Shown here: one piece after another, positions 13,202 to 22,378 of the stretch | How the letters are laid out: every line of letters starts with the position of its first letter | How positions within the stretch are numbered: position 1 is the stretch's first letter | Notes under the pieces: model-generated | The model's input: only the letters and a program-made list of their open reading frames with translations | Told to the model about the DNA's origin: nothing | The model's database searches: none | Assembly: GCA_008369845.1 (NCBI GenBank) | Contig: MRSU01007699.1 | Location: forward strand, 1-53,405 | Reading direction: 5' to 3' | DNA from: Trichomonas gallinae | Lineage: Eukaryota | DNA length: 53,405 bases | Made by a program: the position numbers and the translations under genes

Positions 13202-13702
13202 TTTTTTATTTCAATATCTGTCACTTTTATGTCAAATACAATATAATAATCAATTCAATTTTATAATCACAAATTTGTAATGTTTCTATTTCAGTGTTAT
13301 GCTTCATCATGTATTTACTTATCATAATTAATAAGTGCTCAATATAAATTGAGCAATAATATTGATGTACTTTACCATTAATAGAAACAATAATACAAAA
13401 TGGGGTGAAATAAAATACAAAATAACCAGATATTGAGATATTTCAGGAGTTTCTGATAGGTAGAATAAGCGTCCAATTATTCTGGATGTAAAATATCTGT
13501 TTTACACTTTCTGAGAATTTTGATGATATTTAGAGCATCATGACCCAACATAAAAGCGTATCTGATTCAAACAGCATCCAATTTTATAATTTTCCACTCA
13601 AGTTGTGTTTTTTTTTTTGACGGAGATTTCGTGAAAATAGAATCATTTATAAAATCCATAAGTTAATAAACTGCACCATAATCTTTCAACATTTTTACGA
13701 TT

Positions 13703-13880
13703 TCATGATGGCCATATTTTGAAGCATAAATCAAAGCCGCATTGTTGTATTTGTTTTTTTATGATTGCATATATTCCAGGAACTGTGAGAAGGAGTTTGA
13801 CAACTTCATGATAACCTTTTTGTGAAGCTTTAATCAAAGCTGTCCAGTTGTCTTTTGTGTTGAGATTTATTGATAAAAAT
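13703..13880 (-). pseudogene. Ankyrin-repeat gene remnant
   Basis: INLNTKDNWTALIKASQKGYHEVVKLLLTVPGI is one recognisable ankyrin repeat. There is no proper start and the flanking sequence is degenerate. Confidence 0.65.
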
Positions 13881-13884
13881 AAAC

Positions 13885-13973
13885 TTACATGACAAAAAAA
13901 GCCCTGACAATAAATCAAACTTACATGACAATAAAACAAAATTACATGACAATAAAGGAAAATTACATGACAA
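13885..13973 (+). repeat. TTACATGACAA array upstream of the coiled-coil gene
   Basis: Exact copies at 13885, 13921, 13942 and 13963, ending about 30 nt before ATG 14003. Confidence 0.85.
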
Positions 13974-14002
13974 AACTTTAGTTAACGTACAGTAAAAAAA
14001 TT

Positions 14003-17000
14003 ATGAGCGTTTCGACTGAAGACTCTTCACGAGCATCTGAAGTAGTCTCACGAATATACGCTAAAAGACGAAGAGAATTCATATCATCGTTAGAAAAGGT
14101 GCTACAAGCAGTTGCCTCCGATAAAATCGTTCGACAAATGTTATCATCACAAACGTCAGGACAGTTTATAACAAAAAGAATCGAAGAATTGTTTTACCAA
14201 ATAATAACAGACGATCGAGAAGTGTTTATTTCTAAAATTATGGAAAAACTCACAGCTTACGAAAATGTATATCGCGAAGAATACGGAGAAATGATCAAAA
14301 TACTCGGAAATAGGATATTGTCAGTCTCTGATGCCCAAAATGCAGGCGCTTTGTCAAGAATGAGACACATTCAAACTTTAATTGCCCAAATAACCGATTT
14401 ACAAGAAGAAGTAGCAACACTTCGACAAACCACAGCCGAATACGAGGCAACAATCAAGGAATTAATGAAAACGCGAAGGTTAACGTTGTTCCATGATTTA
14501 CTCGACGACACTTCAAACCACATCTATGCGGAAATCGATATTACACAGCTGGACCAAAAGGTACGCGAAATGCAGAAGGATTCTGCTTCAGTAACTGCTA
14601 TGATCGCGAATATGAAAATAGAGTTCCACAAAATGCTTTCTAAGGCTTCGCAGTCATCACGCGATGCTATTTCCATGCTAAAGCAGCAAATCGAGGACAC
14701 GCAGAAGAAATATTTCCAGGAAAACGCAAAAGTCGAATCAATTCAGAAAAAGTATGATAATCACGTCCCAAAGCTTCAAAAGGAGCTGCAGAATCAAGCA
14801 AATGAGATAGAAACACTCCATACAAACTTGGCAGCCAAAACTAGAGAACTTAAAGACATGAAATCTAAAAATATCAAAGCAATCTCAGTTATCGATCAAA
14901 TGAAGCGTGAACATGATCAGCTGAATGCTGATCTTCAAGAACATGTTCAAACAATCAAAGAACTCTCTAAAAATAACACAAATCTTGAAGATGATCTAAA
15001 CAAAACAAAACGAGAGCTTTCAAAGACACAAAAATCAGTTAAACGCATCCAGGAACAACTTGAAGAACAGCAACACGAGAATGATGAACAAAAAACACAA
15101 AATGCAGAATTGCAATCTCAAAATAATCAATTTTCTTCTAAAATCAAGCAATTAATACGTGATTTAGAGAAACAAAAATCAGAAAATGAGACTCTTACTC
15201 ATGATTTGCAGACGAAAACAAATGAATATAAAGATTCTCAAGAAAAATTAACGAAACATAAGACAGCGAACAAAGAACTAACAACTAAACTTAAAGAAGT
15301 CACAGAAGATTCCAATACGAAAGCAGAAAAAATCGCAGATCTCGAGCAAAAACTCGATAAAAAGACTCAAGAAGCTGCAACTCTCGGAGAAAAACTTTCT
15401 ACTAAAACAGCTGAACTAGAAAAGACCAAATCAGTTGGTGAAGATGTACAGCACAAGCTCGAGGAGAACATTGCTGAAGAGAAGCAAAAGAATGAAAAAC
15501 TATTAAGAATAAACAGTAACAATGAAAAGAAGATCGAAGACCAAAATAATCAAATCAACGAATTAGCGCAAAATCTTGAAGCAGCAAACAAGTCAATACA
15601 GCAGCTTAAAGCAGATTCCAAGCAAGAAGCAGCCACACTCAACGACAAAATCTCTAAACTTGAAGAAGAAATTGGTAATTACAAGAAAGAAATTTCCGAC
15701 AAAAACCAGATCAACGAAAATCTCCAGAAGAACTTAAACGAGACAATTTCGCAAAGGAACGAATTGAAGTGGAAAGTCGACGAGCTTGAGGATGAGATCA
15801 GTGAAAAGAACAACAAAATCGAGGAGGCGAAGTCTTCGATTGCTGCAATGCTTCTCGACAAAGAAGTTGGAAAGACAGAATCACAAAATCTTCACGCAAC
15901 ACTTGAAAAGGTAACACAGCAAAATGAGGAGCTCGGCAATGAACTTCGCAGGCAGAAGAAGGCCAATGAGAAGCTCACTGAGCAGAATGAGCAATTAAAT
16001 AATCAGCTCAACACTCTAAGAGGAGATTCAACAAATCTTACACAAGCTGTTGAAGATGCGAACGATAAATTATTCAAATCGAATTCTATGAACAAGCAGC
16101 TTCAAGCACAGCTTTCTCATCTATCAAATGCTGCAGCAGACTTGTCTTCAATTCTTTCCGCATTGACATGCGGCAATGTTAAAGACGCTCTTCAAGAAAT
16201 CAACGAAATGAAGAAGTTCACATCTTTGCTGAAAGGAGTCTGCAATCTCATTGATATTGATCCAAGAGATGAAGATGCATTACAGCGTGCAACAGATATA
16301 TCACGAAAGCTCTCTTCATTGTCACAAATTGAGAAATTATTAAGCACAGATGATGCTGTTTTATCCGTTAAACAACTTTTAAACGACACCGAAAAAATAT
16401 CTAAAATTGCAAGATGCAGGCCAGGCCAGAATCTCTTCGACGCAGTACAAACATTTGTCACTGGATTCGACAAATGCTGCGAGTTCATCAAAGACGTCGT
16501 TATTTCTTTGTCATCGTCAATTTCTCCGACAAAAATTGAAGTTCCGCTCAGCGATGCAAGGGCTGATGCAGTTCTTCAAAGCATCAGAGTTCTCATCAAG
16601 CAAAATGCTGATGATAGAGCAAATATAGACTCCTTGCTATCAAAGGCTAGAAGCGTGGGCTATGATGGCAGCGATTGCTTGGAGGCTGCGATATTCATCG
16701 CAAGACTCAAAAGCGAGCAAGAAAAGCAGTTATTGCTTGAAGAAATGAAGAAGCAAATTGATCAGCTCAAAGAACATATAAGAGTTACAGAAGAAGCTCA
16801 CAAAAAAGAACTTGAAAAGAAGAACAAGGCAGTGGCTGATTTGAAGAAGACAGTTGTACAACTCACAGAAAAGAATGTCAGAGAAAGAGACGAATGTCAG
16901 GCAAGAATTGATGCATTCGAAAGTGACATTTCTAATCTCAAGCTACAGTTGCAAGCAGAAAAAGACTTGAGAAGAGAAATAGGAAGAATCGGACAAGGAA

Positions 17001-17152
17001 TTACAGCCGACAAAGCAGTCCTGAAATCCAAATTATCTGCCCAAGAATTCAGGTTTTTGGAGTTCATAGAAGGAGTAATGATGAAAGAGAAAGAATCGCG
17101 TGAAATCAACGAGAAACTCAAACGCGCACGCCAAGAGAATCTTCAGGTATGA
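14003..17152 (+). CDS. Long coiled-coil protein (the type often annotated 'viral A-type inclusion-like' in Trichomonas)
   Basis: 1049-aa ORF rich in K/E/Q/N heptad patterns, with no catalytic motif recognised. Confidence 0.8.
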   Translation: MSVSTEDSSRASEVVSRIYAKRRREFISSLEKVLQAVASDKIVRQMLSSQTSGQFITKRIEELFYQIITDDREVFISKIMEKLTAYENVYREEYGEMIKILGNRILSVSDAQNAGALSRMRHIQTLIAQITDLQEEVATLRQTTAEYEATIKELMKTRRLTLFHDLLDDTSNHIYAEIDITQLDQKVREMQKDSASVTAMIANMKIEFHKMLSKASQSSRDAISMLKQQIEDTQKKYFQENAKVESIQKKYDNHVPKLQKELQNQANEIETLHTNLAAKTRELKDMKSKNIKAISVIDQMKREHDQLNADLQEHVQTIKELSKNNTNLEDDLNKTKRELSKTQKSVKRIQEQLEEQQHENDEQKTQNAELQSQNNQFSSKIKQLIRDLEKQKSENETLTHDLQTKTNEYKDSQEKLTKHKTANKELTTKLKEVTEDSNTKAEKIADLEQKLDKKTQEAATLGEKLSTKTAELEKTKSVGEDVQHKLEENIAEEKQKNEKLLRINSNNEKKIEDQNNQINELAQNLEAANKSIQQLKADSKQEAATLNDKISKLEEEIGNYKKEISDKNQINENLQKNLNETISQRNELKWKVDELEDEISEKNNKIEEAKSSIAAMLLDKEVGKTESQNLHATLEKVTQQNEELGNELRRQKKANEKLTEQNEQLNNQLNTLRGDSTNLTQAVEDANDKLFKSNSMNKQLQAQLSHLSNAAADLSSILSALTCGNVKDALQEINEMKKFTSLLKGVCNLIDIDPRDEDALQRATDISRKLSSLSQIEKLLSTDDAVLSVKQLLNDTEKISKIARCRPGQNLFDAVQTFVTGFDKCCEFIKDVVISLSSSISPTKIEVPLSDARADAVLQSIRVLIKQNADDRANIDSLLSKARSVGYDGSDCLEAAIFIARLKSEQEKQLLLEEMKKQIDQLKEHIRVTEEAHKKELEKKNKAVADLKKTVVQLTEKNVRERDECQARIDAFESDISNLKLQLQAEKDLRREIGRIGQGITADKAVLKSKLSAQEFRFLEFIEGVMMKEKESREINEKLKRARQENLQV

Positions 17153-17519
17153 AAGGAATAATTGTTTTATTAAAGATTTGTTTATTTATTACTACTAATT
17201 ATTGATAATATTTTTCATAATTTTACAAATTCATTTTAGAGAATAAAAACAATAATGATCAACATGTAGCATCTAATTATCAATAAAAAATGCTTCAAAC
17301 TTCAAATTAAATTTATTTTTTATGCAACAATGTTTTCAGCCTTACCTTGCAAATAATTGACTTATATATGTGCATTAGACATATATGGATTGAGATAATT
17401 CCAACATTTTCTTATTGAGATAATTCGCAAATTGAAGAAATGACATTGAGATAATAAAGCAAATATATTCTTTTCAGTTATTTAAATATATTTTATTCAT
17501 GGTTTTATCACTATTTATT

Positions 17520-18194
17520 ATGACCGATTATCAAGATAAAACTAAAGATAAAGAACTTCTTATTAAGAAGTATCTTTATATCGCAGAGCAAGTAAATCTA
17601 CTGAAACAAGGAACAAATCAAGATTTTCTTGACTATATCCAAAAATTCGGCGAATATTCGGATCAACAGGAAAAATCTTTAGAGCAATGGAGAAAAAATG
17701 AAGTAAAATTCTCGGAAGATGAGAAAGAAAACTCATTAAAATGTTGCAACAGCGATTGCGAATACTATGAAAATCAAATCGAAATTAGATATAAAGAATA
17801 CCTCCGATTTCGTGCAGATATATTAAAGAAATACTTTCCACAATGCTATGAAAACTTTACTACAGGGAATCCTACAATATTCGAAAATCTCAAAGATGTC
17901 AAATCATATTTTGAAGGAGTTTCATTGCCAAATTATCAACAAAATACATCACCAAAATTAACACCACAAGAAATACTCACAGACTCCCAAGAAATTGCAA
18001 AACATAAATTTCAAGCTTCGAAAGAATCAATTGTTGTTAATGAAAAAACATACAGAATAGGTGATATAGTCTCACTCAAAGTAGATCCTGATATTAGAGC
18101 TCATATCATGTTTACACATCCAAATGTTGTTCTTGCAATTGATGGAGAGACTGTAACTCTATCACAGAAGAAATTTTCAGAAATAGTTTGTTAA
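17520..18194 (+). CDS. Sds3/BRMS1-like Sin3-HDAC complex subunit
   Basis: EQVNLLKQGTNQDFLDYIQKF (cf. 'L-x-x-G-T-H-x-E-Y'), a coiled coil, LTPQEILTDSQEI (cf. 'L-x-x-x-E-I-x-x-D-L') and a C-terminal beta-rich segment KTYRIGDIVSL. Inr TCACT at 17508-17512 favours ATG 17520. Confidence 0.55.
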   Translation: MTDYQDKTKDKELLIKKYLYIAEQVNLLKQGTNQDFLDYIQKFGEYSDQQEKSLEQWRKNEVKFSEDEKENSLKCCNSDCEYYENQIEIRYKEYLRFRADILKKYFPQCYENFTTGNPTIFENLKDVKSYFEGVSLPNYQQNTSPKLTPQEILTDSQEIAKHKFQASKESIVVNEKTYRIGDIVSLKVDPDIRAHIMFTHPNVVLAIDGETVTLSQKKFSEIVC

Positions 18195-18599
18195 TAATCA
18201 CTAATATTATATAAATTCGAAATAACAAAAAGCATTTTTTTCTCGTATTCACATCGAAAATGATTGTTTCAGATGCTATTATGAGTCATGATAACATGGA
18301 TTTCTTTATATGTTCATATACGATTATATTTTTTCAATTACCATGATATTAGTACATATGCCGATGAAAATGAATGAAAATTCTCAGCACATTTGCTTTT
18401 TGAAGTACAACTTTTTCGTGTTTTGAAGCAAAAACTCAGAAATATAACAAAAATAATTAAACAGCCATTTCGACAGCTTTTCCAGTCATAACTAGTTTTG
18501 TCTAGTTCTCAACACGTTTGTCTGCGCATTTTAATATGATTATTATTTTTTGACAATTATAGTTTACATTTGACATTTCATTATTTACAAAATCTATTG

Positions 18600-19346
18600 A
18601 TGTCTTCGACAACAGCAAAAGTTTGGGCTATAAGTGATCCACATCTTCCAAGTTCCAAGAACAAACTCATGGAACAGTATGATCCTGTATGGAAAGACCA
18701 TCCAAAGCGCATTTTAGAGAATCTTCAAAAAGTTGTTGGACCGAATGATGTCGTTCTGATACCAGGAGATATATCATGGGCTGATAAGATAACCGAAATG
18801 GAAGAAGATTTGAAATTACTCGCTGCTATTCCTTGCAAAGTTATTATTTCAGAAGGAAATCACGACAGATGGGCATCAAAAGCTAGTGCACTTAAGGATT
18901 TACCACCAAATGTTACATGGACAGTTGGAAAAATGCAGAGAATTGGAAATCTTGCAATTGTTTCCCAAAGATTATGGGATATTGAGGGAATATTCCCATG
19001 GCCAGGACACATAGCTTCAAAGGGTGCAAGTGAGAAGACTCCAGGACGAGAAATCAATAGACTCGAAACTCAACTTAAGCTTTTACCACAAGATAAGGAT
19101 ATCATTCGTATTCTTATGGTCCACTTCCCACCAGTTGCTTTCGACGGTTCACCAGGAATCCTCACTGAGATGATTAACAAATATAATGTTGATTATTGCA
19201 TCTATGGCCATGTTCACGGACAGAAAGAGGATCCTAATCTGAAAGCCCATGATTGTGTCGTTGGATGCACCCATTTTTACCTCACATCATGTGATTGGCT
19301 GAAAATGATTCCAAAAGAGATTTGTGAATTCACTCCATCTGCATAA
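18600..19346 (+). CDS. Calcineurin-like metallophosphoesterase, bacterial DR1119-like family
   Basis: Metal-binding motifs SDPHL, GDISW, GNHD, VHFPP and YGHVHG. ATG 18600 is preceded by Inr TCATT (18578-18582). The stop lies in TAAA. Confidence 0.88.
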   Translation: MSSTTAKVWAISDPHLPSSKNKLMEQYDPVWKDHPKRILENLQKVVGPNDVVLIPGDISWADKITEMEEDLKLLAAIPCKVIISEGNHDRWASKASALKDLPPNVTWTVGKMQRIGNLAIVSQRLWDIEGIFPWPGHIASKGASEKTPGREINRLETQLKLLPQDKDIIRILMVHFPPVAFDGSPGILTEMINKYNVDYCIYGHVHGQKEDPNLKAHDCVVGCTHFYLTSCDWLKMIPKEICEFTPSA

Positions 19347-19458
19347 AATAGTTCATTTATGTTGTATTTTTTATTTACATTATTCAATTCTTCATTATTT
19401 AATATCAAATATTATCTTTTAAGGATAGTACTAAATTTTTATAATAATATATTAAAGG

Positions 19459-20211
19459 TTAGAGGACACCATCATTCATTTCAATGCTGGCATCATCATC
19501 AGCAAGAAATACAGTATCGATCAAATTGAATTTCTTGTCAAACTTGAAGACATAAGCGCCTCCATTTGGAAGAACCTTTTCGCTCATGATTTGTTGGCCG
19601 GTGCGCTTTTGTAAGTATTTCTTAAGTACGCGTTGAACGTTACCGTGAACTACAAGTAGAACACACTTTCCGTTCATCAGTCTTGGTACAATTTCATCCA
19701 CGAAGAATGGCTTTGCCCTTTCCCACATCATATCAATTGATTCTCCGTTTGGAATGACTCTTGGATCCAAGTTCTTGTATTTTGGTACATTTGATGGGTT
19801 TTCTTGTCCAGGATCGCAAGGAGGAGGTCTGAAACAAGTGTTATTCATCCAAGTATCAAGTTCTTCCTTCGTCAATCGTTCTTGTATTTTGGACTTGTTC
19901 ATTCCTGTAAGGGCACCAAAGTGGCACTCGTTTAATCTCCATGATTTAACAGTTTCGATGTGCATCTGATCAAGTCCATCGAGAACATACCACATTGATC
20001 TGATAGCACGCTTCAGGTATGATGTAAAACATACATCGAAGTGAAATCCGGCCTTTTTCAAAATCTTTGCAGCAATTTTGGCGTCTTCTATTCCTTTTTC
20101 AGTCAAATCTGTATCATACCAACCGCTGTATGTACGATTAAGGTTTGAAAAAGATTCTCCATGGCGAAGAACGACAAGTGTTGAGAAATGATCCGGATTT
20201 GATTTGGTCAT
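19459..20211 (-). CDS. Cofactor-dependent phosphoglycerate mutase family protein (dPGM/GpmA-like, divergent)
   Basis: Motifs [45 protein letters not shown] and VVHGN. The likely start is ATG 20211 (MTKSN). Confidence 0.88.
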   Translation of the reverse strand: MTKSNPDHFSTLVVLRHGESFSNLNRTYSGWYDTDLTEKGIEDAKIAAKILKKAGFHFDVCFTSYLKRAIRSMWYVLDGLDQMHIETVKSWRLNECHFGALTGMNKSKIQERLTKEELDTWMNNTCFRPPPCDPGQENPSNVPKYKNLDPRVIPNGESIDMMWERAKPFFVDEIVPRLMNGKCVLLVVHGNVQRVLKKYLQKRTGQQIMSEKVLPNGGAYVFKFDKKFNLIDTVFLADDDASIEMNDGVL

Positions 20212-20215
20212 ATAA

Positions 20216-20561
20216 ATTTTTGACACTGTCAATTTTTTTTTGATCGAACATTCTTTACATGTCAAAATTTTACAAAATTTGTGACAATATCAATTTTTAA
20301 AAATTAAGCAGTTTTACATGTCAAAATTCTTCCAATTTTTTTGACAATGACAATATAGATGCGGTGTCAGACATTTCTCAAATGGCTTTGCCCCATATTC
20401 AAAATATAAGTAGGTATTCCTACAATGATAAATTTAATAGGGATCCAACAGATTTTCCTTCACCCAAATTTCTTCTGTCACCCTCCTCTATGTCAATTTT
20501 TTTTTAATTTAGCATTTTTTACATGTCAGAATATTATTAATTTTTTGACAGTGTCAAAAAT
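20216..20561. promoter_or_regulatory. Divergent (bidirectional) promoter bounded by identical 17-bp inverted elements
   Basis: ATTTTTGACACTGTCAA (20216-20232) and TTGACAGTGTCAAAAAT (20545-20561) are exact reverse complements, each next to a start codon. Internal TTACATGTCA copies lie at 20255, 20314 and 20519. Confidence 0.7.
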
Positions 20562-21357
20562 GGGATGCTATAGTAGTGCAACCACGGCAGATTTCGATGA
20601 AGACATGTTATTCCAATCTTTACCATCGGAATCGAGTCTTGAGACTCTAAAAAACACACGAAATTCAGGAAATATCAAACAGAGAATCGAATATCTCAAA
20701 CATAACTCAAAAGATTTAGCCAAAATGTCACACAAAGATGTTAAAACATTGGAAGCTAAAGTTGTCTTAGTTATTTGTGAAACAGTGAATCCGAAAACAA
20801 AAACTCAATCTATTGGACCTATTAATGATTCAATATTGACAGCTAAATGTGTTACATCTCATGGATTTACTTGTTACACATTAGTTGATGCACAATTACC
20901 GATAATACTCACATGGGTAAGAATATTTATGTCAAAAGTTCATGAAAATCTCATTATTTTCTATAATGGATTTTACGAATCTTTGGATGATACAGGTAAG
21001 AAAGTTAATCTTGCTGCTTATGATCAATTATTTAAATTTAGTAATCTTGTTGATTCTCATACATCATACAAGCTTCCAAACTCCAGGTTATCAGTTTTTA
21101 TAGATGCAGAGCCACTTAATGAGAATAATTTTACTATTGAAGGACTTAAAGTAAAATCGAAAACTACATTCTTCTTAGCCAAGCCAAATACTTTTATTGC
21201 ATATTTCGTTTGGAAGCAGCTAAAGATTAACAAAGAAATTAATCTCAAAGATTTAGTTGATTCAATCAATTCAGCCGTGGAGCAATATGAGGGCCATTTG
21301 TATTATTCAGCCGCACCTGATGTTGACACGGGAAAAGCCTTTTTGGCGAGTTTGTAA
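20560..21357 (+). CDS. Metacaspase-like protein (clan CD, family C14) lacking the catalytic dyad
   Basis: VVLVICET..SIGPINDSILTAK..GFTCYTL..ENLIIFYNG follows the trichomonad metacaspase-like pattern (GPxND...YYxGHG...DCCHSG). The His site reads YNGFY and the Cys site reads FIDAEP. N-terminal MGCYSS suggests acylation. Confidence 0.6.
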   Translation: MGCYSSATTADFDEDMLFQSLPSESSLETLKNTRNSGNIKQRIEYLKHNSKDLAKMSHKDVKTLEAKVVLVICETVNPKTKTQSIGPINDSILTAKCVTSHGFTCYTLVDAQLPIILTWVRIFMSKVHENLIIFYNGFYESLDDTGKKVNLAAYDQLFKFSNLVDSHTSYKLPNSRLSVFIDAEPLNENNFTIEGLKVKSKTTFFLAKPNTFIAYFVWKQLKINKEINLKDLVDSINSAVEQYEGHLYYSAAPDVDTGKAFLASL

Positions 21358-21442
21358 ACATACTCTTTGTTTTTGTGAAAATGGAATATCAAATTTAAGA
21401 TTCAAAATATCCTTAAATGCAATATTTGTTCGAAATAGCTTC

Positions 21443-22047
21443 AATAGCTAATATCAGACAGAGTTCATCCTTCTCACAGTTGTTACAATAATTTTTTTTG
21501 CATCACAAATCTGACATGTAAATACATTTTTTAACAATAGATTTAATAGCTACTATCAAATAGAGTTCATATTTCTTACTGTTATTGCTTCATTCTAATA
21601 AAAATCTGACATGTAAATTTTAATTCAATTTACCATATAATGGCTTATATATTCATTTTTATCTATAGCCCCAATAGCTAATATAAGATAGAGTAATTAC
21701 TCCTAATTAATAAATCTGACATGTAAATTAGATTTTTATCAAAAGTGTCGATAAAATTCCATATTAAATCATTGATCATATATTATTATGCAATTTTTTT
21801 ACAAATATTAAAAATTTATGCCAAATAAATATCAAAAAATTTTAAAATCTGACATGTAAATTTATTTTGTATATCAAAAATGACGATGGATTTCCAAAAT
21901 GAATCATTTATTATTTAATATTATAACATTTTTTGCAATTATTAATTTCTTATCAAATTTTTTGAGATATATTGTTATTTTTTAAATAAATATAAAAAGC
22001 AATTTGCATATCGAAGGAGGATGATCACATAAATTTGACACGTAAAA
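21443..22047 (+). repeat. Degenerate ~100-130 bp tandem repeat with an invariant AAATCTGACATGTAAAT core
   Basis: The 17-mer is exact at 21507, 21602, 21712 and 21845, with a variant at 22031. A companion block AATAGCTA.TAT.A.A.AGAGT occurs at 21443, 21545 and 21673. Confidence 0.85.
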
Positions 22048-22378
22048 TTCCATTCAAAAAGTATAACCTTTAAAAATTAAGAACTAAATAAAATTGACAG
22101 TGATATATGAAATGTTATCAAGTGAATAAATCATTGTAAATCGTTGATTGCATACCAAAAACATGCTTGATCGATAATACCGAAAAATTGGGAAAAAGAG
22201 GATGATTTAAATTCGATCAAAAATGATTTCGTTCCTATAATTTAGATATATGATATATCCAAAGAAAAATTTTTGATAAGTTTACAAATTCCTTGAAGAA
22301 AAAAATTTATAAATTTAAAAATGTGCATATATCCATGTAATAAATTGATTGCCGGCCAGAAAAATTTTAAATTTTCTG

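Noticed and set aside
17144..17152. CAG|GTATGA resembling a 5' splice site at the end of the coiled-coil gene
   Set aside because: No downstream ACTAAC-ACACAG branch/acceptor typical of trichomonad introns. The TGA is simply the stop.
14003..17152. Viral origin, SMC or myosin identity for the coiled-coil protein
   Set aside because: No Walker A, hinge or motor motifs. The resemblance is only compositional.
21443..22047. CRISPR-like repeat-spacer array
   Set aside because: The repeat is only 17 bp, spacing is irregular (95-186 bp), the spacers resemble each other, there are no cas genes and the context is eukaryotic.
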